Source of the DNA: an uncultured Planctomycetia bacterium
GTDB lineage: Bacteria; Omnitrophota; Gorgyraeia; Duberdicusellales; 4484-171
Direction: 5' to 3'
NCBI GenBank assembly: GCA_964605645.1
Contig: CAZSDJ010000002.1
Span: 394 to 64,393 of the forward strand
DNA: 64,000 nucleotides
The position numbers were made by a program, and so were the translations under genes. Below the pieces are notes generated by a model. It did no database searches. It was not told the DNA's origin and saw only the letters and a list, made by a program, of their open reading frames with translations. Of this stretch, positions 56,914-64,000 are shown in pieces (positions within the stretch are counted from its first letter, which is position 1; the number at the start of each line of letters is the position of its first letter).

Positions 56914-57372
56914 ATGAAAGAAATCAAAGGCAAATTTGACGGTAAAGGGAAAAAGATAGCGATAGTAATTTCCCGTTTTAATGAATTAATTAGTAAGCGG
57001 TTGCTGGAAGGCTGTCTGGATACTTTAGGAAAGTGCGGGACTGACGACAAAAGTATCTCTATCTATTGGTCACCGGGTGCTTATGAAATCCCTCAAGTTT
57101 TGTCAAAATTACAGACAAGCAAGTTTGACGCAGTCGTAACTTTAGGTGCAGTGATTAGAGGCGATACGCCTCATTTTGAATATATATCTTCTGAGGTTGC
57201 AAAAGGAGTGGCGAAAGTAGCTCAAGATAAAAAAATACCAATAGCTTTTGGGATAATTACAGCTGATACCATTGAGCAAGCAACCGAAAGATCAGGGACT
57301 AAACAGGGCAATAAAGGCTCTCAGGCAGCTTTTTCTGCTTTGGAAATGGCTAACTTATACAGTCAATTATAA
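56914..57372 (+). CDS. ribH: 6,7-dimethyl-8-ribityllumazine synthase
   Basis: 152 aa lumazine synthase fold (IAIVISRFNE, GAYEIP). Confidence 0.9.
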   Translation: MKEIKGKFDGKGKKIAIVISRFNELISKRLLEGCLDTLGKCGTDDKSISIYWSPGAYEIPQVLSKLQTSKFDAVVTLGAVIRGDTPHFEYISSEVAKGVAKVAQDKKIPIAFGIITADTIEQATERSGTKQGNKGSQAAFSALEMANLYSQL

Positions 57373-57375
57373 AAC

Positions 57376-57477
57376 AGTCCAAAGTCCATAGTCCCAAGTC
57401 AAAAGAATAAACTTTATTGCTTATTTTAAAATTTAAAAATAATGACATAGGGCTTCGGACACAGGACATAGGACTAT
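57376..57477. repeat. inverted pair of heptamer arrays (AGTCCNN)x3.5 ... (GGACNNN)x4.5 flanking a 44-nt A/T-rich spacer, ribH-nusB intergenic
   Basis: Left arm agtccaaagtccatagtcccaagtc at 57376-57400. Right arm gacatagggcttcggacacaggacataggactat at 57445-57477. Confidence 0.75.
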
Positions 57478-57506
57478 AAAGTCGTTACTTAATTTTCGTT
57501 CTAAAC

Positions 57507-57932
57507 ATGAGATCTCGATCAAAAGCACGTGATATAGCTCTTTGCCTTCTCTATCAGATAGAGATATCTAAGATTAAACCCGAAGACGCCCTCCTTGGCG
57601 ATTTAGCCAAAAGTTTTAAAGACCAAATAGTAATTGATTTCATGTCTCAATTAGTTGAAGGGGTAATTTTCAATCAAGAAAAAATTGATTCTATAATTAA
57701 AAAGTATGCACAAAATTGGAAAATAAAACGAATGGCTGTTGTTGACAGAAATGTGTTAAGGATATCTGTTTATGAACTATTTTTTTTAGAGGATATCCCT
57801 CCGAAGGTTTCGATCAACGAAGCAATTGAATTGGCTAAGCGGTATGGAGATCTTGATTCAGCTCGTTTCGTGAATGGTATTTTAGATAAAATTTATAAAA
57901 AAGAAAAAATGATTCAGGAAAAAAAGAATTAA
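57507..57932 (+). CDS. nusB: transcription antitermination factor NusB
   Basis: 141 aa all-helical NusB family (ARDIALCLLYQ, ARFVNGILD). Follows rib genes as in many bacteria. Confidence 0.85.
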   Translation: MRSRSKARDIALCLLYQIEISKIKPEDALLGDLAKSFKDQIVIDFMSQLVEGVIFNQEKIDSIIKKYAQNWKIKRMAVVDRNVLRISVYELFFLEDIPPKVSINEAIELAKRYGDLDSARFVNGILDKIYKKEKMIQEKKN

Positions 57933-58774
57933 TGCAGAACCAAGAAAAAAAATGTGACCTTCATCTCCATACATCTTATTCAGACGGGGATTTATCACCG
58001 CAAGAATTAATAGAGGCTGCTTTGGCAGCAAAAGTGGCTTGTATTTCTATTACCGACCACGATAGCATAAAAGCAATTCAAGAAGTTGAAAATAAATCCT
58101 ACCTAGATTATTTAGAGTTAATAAAAGGAATAGAATTAACTACTTCCTACCAAGATCACGAAGTCCACATTTTAGGATATTTAATTGATATAAAAAGTGA
58201 TTCTTTTCAACAAAAAATAAGAGAAGCTTATCAAGTTCGACAAGATAGGTTTAAAGTAATGGTTGAAAGATTAATATTGAAAGGATTAAACATTGATCAA
58301 GAAAGCTTATTGAAAACAGTAAAAGATGTTGCTCCAACTCGCCTTCATTTGGCAAAGTATCTTTTGGAAATTAGGCAGGTCAATTCTATCCATGAAGCTT
58401 TTCGCAGGCATCTTAGCCCCGGTAAAGACGGCTATCTATGCAGCAGTAGATTTAGTGCTAAAGAAGCCATTGATTTTATTCATCAGCATCAGGGTTTAGC
58501 CTTTTTAGCTCATCCCCACAAGCTTATTTGCCAAGATTGGTTAGGTGATTTTTTATCACTCGGTATCGATGGATTGGAAGTTTCTTATCCTACTATGGGG
58601 AGTAAAGAAAAATATTCTTATACTGAATATGCCTTAAAAAATAAACTTTTATTTAGCGGTGGGTCTGATTTTCATCAAAAAATCAAGGGGTTTTCCGGTA
58701 TTGGCTCTGTAGATGTTCCTTATGATTGGGTTATAAAGATGAAACAAAGAAAAAAAGAATTAATTGGTATATAA
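57932..58774 (+). CDS. PHP-domain metal-dependent phosphoesterase (TrpH/YciV-like)
   Basis: N-terminal CDLHLHTSYSDGDLSPQELIEAA, a PHP motif I HxH with Asp. Later HILG and DGLEV. 280 aa. Embedded between nusB and ribD. Confidence 0.7.
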   Translation: MQNQEKKCDLHLHTSYSDGDLSPQELIEAALAAKVACISITDHDSIKAIQEVENKSYLDYLELIKGIELTTSYQDHEVHILGYLIDIKSDSFQQKIREAYQVRQDRFKVMVERLILKGLNIDQESLLKTVKDVAPTRLHLAKYLLEIRQVNSIHEAFRRHLSPGKDGYLCSSRFSAKEAIDFIHQHQGLAFLAHPHKLICQDWLGDFLSLGIDGLEVSYPTMGSKEKYSYTEYALKNKLLFSGGSDFHQKIKGFSGIGSVDVPYDWVIKMKQRKKELIGI

Positions 58775-58790
58775 AAAAATTTTAATAAAA

Positions 58791-59873
58791 ATGGAAAAAA
58801 AAGATATTTATTTTATGAGAAAAGCTATAAATTTAGCCAAGCAAGGCGAAGGGGAAACTTCACCTAATCCGTTAGTCGGGGCGGTGGTGGTTAAGAATCA
58901 AAAAATATTAGCTAAAGGGTTTCACCAAAGATACGGGATGGCTCATGCAGAAATTAATGCATTAGAAAAAGCTGGCAGCTTGGCTTGTGGTGCAACTCTG
59001 TATGTAAACCTTGAACCCTGTTGCCATTATGGTAAAACTCCGCCTTGCCTGGATAGGATAATTAAAGCCGGGATTAAGAGAGTGGTGATAGCTATCAAAG
59101 ATCCTAACCCGCAGGTGTGCGGTAAATCGATTAGAAAGTTAAGAAGCCACAGTGTAAAAGTGTCTTTAGGGATTTGTAAAGAAGAAGCTTTAGAATTGAA
59201 TAAAGTATTTTTTAAAAATATGAAGCAAAGGCTTCCCTTTGTAGCCGCAAAAGCAGCTCAAAGCTTGGATGGAAAAATTGCAACTAGTGCCGGCCAATCA
59301 AAATGGATTACCACAAAGCAGGCAAGAAATTTTTCTTATAAGCTTCGTGACAAATATGATGCAATTTTAATTGGAGCAGAAACTTTACGCAAAGATAATC
59401 CGAAACTTAATGGTTTAAAAAAAATTCCCTATAAAGTGATAATTTCTTCTAGTCTGGATTTACCGGAGAATTCTTATCTATTTAAAAATTTTCCCGGCAA
59501 TACTGTAATTTTTACTGATAAAAAATCAGGTAAAAACAACAAATTACCGAAGCAAATTAAAATTATTCCTTTAAAAATGACCAAAAAAGGACTCTCTTTA
59601 AAACAAATATTAAAAAAATTATACTCATTTGGCATTATGTCGGTGTTTGTTGAAGGTGGTTCTGAAACTTTAGGCAGATTTTTTAAACAAAAATTGATAG
59701 ATAAGGCTTATTTTTTTCTGGCCCCAAAAATTTTGGGTGGGAAAAAGGCCTTAACTTCAGTAGGATTTGAAGGTTTTCGAAAAATAAATGAAGCTTTAGA
59801 AATTGATAACATAACAATAAACAAAATAGGCAAAGACATTTTAATTTCCGGCTACCCTATTAAAAGTAGATAA
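58791..59873 (+). CDS. ribD: bifunctional riboflavin biosynthesis deaminase/reductase RibD
   Basis: CMP/dCMP-type deaminase zinc motif HAE...PCCHYGKTPPC. C-terminal RibD reductase domain. Start 58791 chosen over 58764. Confidence 0.85.
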   Translation: MEKKDIYFMRKAINLAKQGEGETSPNPLVGAVVVKNQKILAKGFHQRYGMAHAEINALEKAGSLACGATLYVNLEPCCHYGKTPPCLDRIIKAGIKRVVIAIKDPNPQVCGKSIRKLRSHSVKVSLGICKEEALELNKVFFKNMKQRLPFVAAKAAQSLDGKIATSAGQSKWITTKQARNFSYKLRDKYDAILIGAETLRKDNPKLNGLKKIPYKVIISSSLDLPENSYLFKNFPGNTVIFTDKKSGKNNKLPKQIKIIPLKMTKKGLSLKQILKKLYSFGIMSVFVEGGSETLGRFFKQKLIDKAYFFLAPKILGGKKALTSVGFEGFRKINEALEIDNITINKIGKDILISGYPIKSR

Positions 59874-59902
59874 AATATTTAAATATGCTATAATTTATAA
59901 AT

Positions 59903-60250
59903 ATGGATAATAAAAGAAAATTAATTAGGTTAGAGGCTTCTGATTTTTTGCAAATTAAGCCGATAAATGAAATAGGCAGAATTTATGAAGCAGAAGTTAA
60001 GGATTTTACCTTTATGGGTATCTGTTTTTTTTCATCAGTAGAGTGGAAAAAAGGGCAAGTTCTGGCAATAAATTATTTTCTTTCTGAAAATAATGAACCG
60101 GTTAAGATGAAGATGGTCGTGATTTGGTCGGAATTTATTGGTTCAAAGCAAGGTTATTTTTGTGGTGGGCAAATTACAAATATTGAAGAAAAACATCAAG
60201 CTCAGTTTGCTCATTATTATTACAAGAAGCTTAAAGAAAAGTCTTCCTAA
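59903..60250 (+). CDS. PilZ-domain protein (putative c-di-GMP receptor)
   Basis: RxxxR (RKLIR) near the N-terminus and DxTxxG (DFTFMG) about 25 aa later match the PilZ bipartite c-di-GMP motif. 115 aa. Confidence 0.45.
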   Translation: MDNKRKLIRLEASDFLQIKPINEIGRIYEAEVKDFTFMGICFFSSVEWKKGQVLAINYFLSENNEPVKMKMVVIWSEFIGSKQGYFCGGQITNIEEKHQAQFAHYYYKKLKEKSS

Positions 60251-60332
60251 TTCGCTATAATTTTCCTATATTTTAAAATTTTCCTTCATTTTGATCAAAT
60301 TTTTCTAATTTGGTTATGTTAAAAAAAAATTT

Positions 60333-63300
60333 ATGCAAATTCAATATCCTCAAATTACAATAGTTGAAGCATCAGCAGGATCGGGGAAGACTTATGCTTT
60401 GGCTAAACGCTTTTTGCAATTGTTGATTAACAGACAATCTCCTTCCCCCGATTACTTGCGAACAATTTTAGCCATCACTTTTACTAATAAAGCTGCTTAT
60501 GAAATGAAAGAAAGAATTTTAGAGATTTTAAAAAATATTGCTTTAGATTCGTTTTCTGATCAATCCCAAAAAAAAGATGTTTTAGATAGCTTGACGGTAG
60601 ATTATAATTTTGCCCGCAAGCAAGCACACCTATTAATTGAAAAAATTATTCACAATTATAGTTATTTCGGGATTAAAACTATAGATAGTTTTATCAATTC
60701 TTTATTATTGGGTTGTCCTCTTCATATTGGGCGCTCAGCGTCATTTACGATTAAAAGAAATTATAAAGAATATCTTTTATATGCGCTTGATACCTTAATT
60801 GATAAATCATTATCGAGTCAAGAATTAAAAAAGGATTTTAATGAATTTTTAAGCCATTATCTTTTTGTTGAAAACAGGGGCAGTTGGTTTCCGAAAGATA
60901 AAATATTAGATTTAATGATAACTCTTTTTGAATTGGTTAATCGTTATGGCAAAGATTTTTCTAAATATAAAACTAGTACTGATTTATTGTTTAATCAAAA
61001 AAGGTATTTATATAAAAAAATAAAAGAACTAGTTGATGTTTTTCCTTCCGGCTTGAACAAAAGGAGTAAAGACTCTTTTATTAAGTTTATTGAGCAAAAT
61101 GGCTGCCAATTCGAAATAGCTAATTTACCCAACAGTTTAGCTAAAGCCGGCCCTCCCCTCAATAAAGATAAATTTGCGAATAAAGATTTTTTGAAAAAAT
61201 GGCATTCAATTCATAAACAAGTAGAAAATTTAATAGAAACAGAAGCAGAAACTTCTTATAATTCTTATATCGGATTATTTAATGAAGTGGAAGATGTTTT
61301 TGAAATTTTTGCAGAAAAAGAAGATATTTTATTTTTAAGTCAGCTCAATCATCAAGCCCGTTTTCTTTTTAGTAAGCAAGGTATAACCGTAGCCGAACTT
61401 TATTATCGGTTGGCCACGCGATTCCAACATTATTTGATTGATGAATTTCAAGATACAAGCCAACTGCAATGGGATAATTTAGAAGAAATGATCTCTGAAG
61501 GCCTAGCTTCGGGAGGGACGCTTTTTTATGTTGGTGATAAAAAACAGGCAATTTACCGCTTTCGCGGCGGGCAAAGCCAGCTTTTTTATGAAATCAAGAG
61601 AAAGCTTGAACCTTACCAATCGGCTACATTATTATTAAAAAAAAATTGGCGCAGTCAAAAAGAAATAGTTGAGTTTAATAATTTTATTTTTTCTCAACAA
61701 AATTTAAAAAGTTTCTTGGAAAGATCAAAAATTTCTAAAGAAGTTAGTAATAGAAAGTATCTTCAGGAAATTAGGGATAATTTTAAAAATGGCGAACAAA
61801 CCTATACAAAAGGCAATAAGGATGGATTTGTATTTATTGAAAAATTAAATGAATCCGACAAGGCAGAACGGGACAAAATAGTCAGGGATAAAGTTGTTAA
61901 TTTAATTAAAGATTTAAAAAAGCGTTTTAGTTTGGGAGACATTGCGTTATTAACCAGAGACAATCGAGAAGTAGAACTTTTAACCGGATGGTTGATAGAA
62001 GAGGGCTTTCCGGTTGAATCTGAAAAGACTTTATGTGTGTTGGAGCATCCTCAAATAAAAGAAATAATCAGCCTCCTGCAATTTTTATATTCACCAATTA
62101 ATGATTTAAGTTTTGCTTCATTTATCCTAGGAGATATTTTTAGCAAAGAAACAGGGATAAAAAAAGAAAAAATAACTGATTTCCTTTTCAATTTATACCA
62201 GAATAAGAAAAAAGAAAATATAAGCACCTACCGTAAGTTTATAGATGAATTTCCTCAAGTTTGGAATTCCAAATTTGCTTCTTTTTTTAAAACAGTTGGC
62301 TTTGTTTCCCCCTACCAGTTGATAGTTGCTATTTATGAACAATTTAATTTACCGAAAAATTTTCCTAAAGCCCAGGCTTTTTTTAAAAAATTTCTTCAAC
62401 TTTGTAAAGACAGCCAAGAAGAAAAGCTTGGCTTGTGGGGATTTTTAACTTATCTTCAGAATCCTGAACCTGATAAACTTTATGTCGAGATAAATGCAAA
62501 AAATTCTTTAAAAATTTTAACTATTCATAAAGCTAAAGGCCTGGAGTTTCCGGTTGTAATCATCCCATTTTTAAAAATTGATATTTCTTCAGAAATTGTC
62601 AAGATGGGGGCCAAATCTCATTTGGAAAAAAAGAGACAAAAGCTGCATCTTTTGAGAATTACAAAAGAATATTCGCGTTATTCAAGCCGCCTCAGAAATA
62701 TTTATCAGAATGATTATAAACTGGCCTGCATTGATGAACTTAATAATATTTATGTAGCATTAACTCGGCCCAAATATGAACTTTATGTCTTTATCCCCCG
62801 CAAAAGCGGCAATTCTTTGAATCAAGCTTCCTTTTTAGTAGATCAAGAAAACATAAAAAGAGGAAAAAAAGTTTGCTATCCCCGCTTGGACTCACAGCAA
62901 AACATTAAAAAAATTAAGGCTTCACAATATAGGAATTGGGTTCATTACTTAAATGAAGAATCTTTTTCCGGCCAGTCAGCCAGAAACAGGGAAGAAAAAA
63001 AAGAAGGTATAATTTTACATCAGGCCTTATCTGCTGTCGGAGATTGTTCTAAAAAGAATATTAATATATATCTTGACCAAGCAATGGCTAAAATTAAAAA
63101 TAATTTTTTCAGCGAAGATATTAAAAAATACAGAAGAAAAATAAAAGAAATAATTACCAATAAAAATTTAAAGGAGATATTCTTTCCTCTAAAAGCCGGG
63201 GTTTATTGCGAAAAGGAATTTGTAAATAAAAAGGGAGAAACAAGGAAAATAGATAGAATTATGATTTTTAAAGATAAGATAACAATTGTTGATTATAAAA

Positions 63301-63437
63301 AAAGCAGGAGTCGAAAAATAGAACATCGCAGGCAATTAAAAGATTACAAAGAAGTTGTTCGAGCCATTTATCCGCAAAAAAAAATTCGAGGGGTTATCGT
63401 TTATCTCGCGGAATTAGAAAAAGAATATTTATTTTAA
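60333..63437 (+). CDS. UvrD/PcrA-type SF1 helicase fused to C-terminal PD-(D/E)XK nuclease (AddA/RecB-like helicase-nuclease)
   Basis: Helicase motifs I ASAGSGKT, Ia TFTNKAA, II DEFQDTSQ, III GDKKQAIYRFRGG, IV NWRSQ, V-VI TIHKAKGLEFPVV / VALTRPK. Nuclease motifs ILHQALSAVGD and IDRIMIF...IVDYKKS. 1034 aa. Confidence 0.75.
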   Translation: MQIQYPQITIVEASAGSGKTYALAKRFLQLLINRQSPSPDYLRTILAITFTNKAAYEMKERILEILKNIALDSFSDQSQKKDVLDSLTVDYNFARKQAHLLIEKIIHNYSYFGIKTIDSFINSLLLGCPLHIGRSASFTIKRNYKEYLLYALDTLIDKSLSSQELKKDFNEFLSHYLFVENRGSWFPKDKILDLMITLFELVNRYGKDFSKYKTSTDLLFNQKRYLYKKIKELVDVFPSGLNKRSKDSFIKFIEQNGCQFEIANLPNSLAKAGPPLNKDKFANKDFLKKWHSIHKQVENLIETEAETSYNSYIGLFNEVEDVFEIFAEKEDILFLSQLNHQARFLFSKQGITVAELYYRLATRFQHYLIDEFQDTSQLQWDNLEEMISEGLASGGTLFYVGDKKQAIYRFRGGQSQLFYEIKRKLEPYQSATLLLKKNWRSQKEIVEFNNFIFSQQNLKSFLERSKISKEVSNRKYLQEIRDNFKNGEQTYTKGNKDGFVFIEKLNESDKAERDKIVRDKVVNLIKDLKKRFSLGDIALLTRDNREVELLTGWLIEEGFPVESEKTLCVLEHPQIKEIISLLQFLYSPINDLSFASFILGDIFSKETGIKKEKITDFLFNLYQNKKKENISTYRKFIDEFPQVWNSKFASFFKTVGFVSPYQLIVAIYEQFNLPKNFPKAQAFFKKFLQLCKDSQEEKLGLWGFLTYLQNPEPDKLYVEINAKNSLKILTIHKAKGLEFPVVIIPFLKIDISSEIVKMGAKSHLEKKRQKLHLLRITKEYSRYSSRLRNIYQNDYKLACIDELNNIYVALTRPKYELYVFIPRKSGNSLNQASFLVDQENIKRGKKVCYPRLDSQQNIKKIKASQYRNWVHYLNEESFSGQSARNREEKKEGIILHQALSAVGDCSKKNINIYLDQAMAKIKNNFFSEDIKKYRRKIKEIITNKNLKEIFFPLKAGVYCEKEFVNKKGETRKIDRIMIFKDKITIVDYKKSRSRKIEHRRQLKDYKEVVRAIYPQKKIRGVIVYLAELEKEYLF

Positions 63438-63443
63438 TGGTAT

Positions 63444-64000
63444 GGAAAAAGAAAATATAATCACTAATAACTTCGGAGTTGACTCAATTAATTTGATTGC
63501 TGATACTTTGTATAAAGATTTTTATAAAAATAATAAATCTTTAGAAACGATAGCTTGTGTATTTGGCGGAAAACGTCCGGCGTTATTTTTAAAAGATAAA
63601 CTTTCCCAAAAAATTAATAATAGCTTTATCCCCCCTCTTATTTTTTCCATGGATGAATTTATGCAATATCTCATAGCCAAGAATCAAACTATTGCTAAGA
63701 TTTCTGATTTAGAATTATATTATCTTATCTATAGAATCTCTAAAGATAAATTCAATATTTTTGGGAAAAAACAAATAGATTTTTCGGCTTTTTTAAGTTG
63801 GGCAAAAGAAATAACTGCTTTTATTGAACAGCTTGATTTGGAAAAAGTTGCCAATAACTCCTTATTAGATGTTGAAAAAAGTGCAACAATTGGATATGAA
63901 ATACCGGACAGTATTAATCATATTTTAAAAAATATTGTTTTAATCAGAAAAGAGTATCATAGTGTTTTACAAAAAAATAATATTTATTCGCGGGGATTGA
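63444..64000 (+). CDS. hypothetical protein, 3'-truncated at window end; possible partner subunit of the helicase-nuclease
   Basis: Frame is open from the ATG at 63444 to the end of the window (more than 185 codons). No Walker A motif in the visible part. Immediately downstream of the AddA-like gene. Confidence 0.4.

Noticed and set aside
1-64000. Search for transposases, integrases, phage structural genes, restriction-modification or other defence islands
   Set aside because: None were found. Every ORF over about 100 aa is assignable to core metabolism or information processing, apart from the MNT/HepT pair, the UDPGP homologue, the helicase-nuclease and a few small hypotheticals. There is no compositional island.

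Overview
AT-rich bacterial chromosomal window of about 64 kb, almost entirely one coding strand. Only lpxB and an adjacent oxidoreductase lie on the minus strand. The content is dense housekeeping:
- oligopeptide-type ABC importer (SBP, two permeases, two ATPases)
- lysS
- lolE-like and lolD
- ilvE
- clpC, then a secreted hypothetical and mlaEFD
- radA, yacL, ispD, ispF, cysS, tmk, mnmG
- lpxB, a Gfo/Idh/MocA oxidoreductase and msbA
- rpsB, tsf, pyrH, frr
- tRNA-Lys, tRNA-Leu, tRNA-Gly
- a regulatory PTS cluster: ptsN, a yvcK-like gene, ptsH, ptsI
- an aromatic amino-acid cluster: pheA, aminotransferase, DAHP synthase, tyrA
- cmk, lepA, lepB, pgsA, plsY
- recA, htrA, recX, alaS
- hisD, hisB, hisH, hisA
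- an MNT/HepT toxin-antitoxin pair
- rplM, rpsI
- ribBA, ribH, nusB, a PHP phosphoesterase, ribD
- a PilZ protein, a UvrD-type helicase-nuclease, and a truncated downstream gene

The gene set points to a diderm, low-GC organism whose operon order (clpC ... radA-yacL-ispDF-cysS) resembles Firmicutes. There is no CRISPR array, rRNA, transposase or prophage, and no canonical defence island.

The features that stand out are:
- a family of 7-bp-periodic repeat arrays (AAGTCCN / GGACNTA) scattered at gene boundaries, often as inverted pairs, and twice embedded in-frame in genes (hisH and a small lipoprotein)
- a second heptamer family (CAAGATA / TATCTTG) between lolD and ilvE
- a 75-bp tandem repeat and a duplicated ATTGC...GCAAT element upstream of clpC
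- an identical palindrome-containing leader on clpC and yacL
- recurring CCTTGACA/TGTCAAGG palindromes at promoters
- a eukaryotic-type UDP-glucose pyrophosphorylase (UDPGP) homologue
- ribosomal protein S2 with a tandem-repeat acidic tail
- a PHP phosphoesterase inside the riboflavin operon

All calls rest on reading motifs in the supplied translations and the raw sequence. No database search was run.
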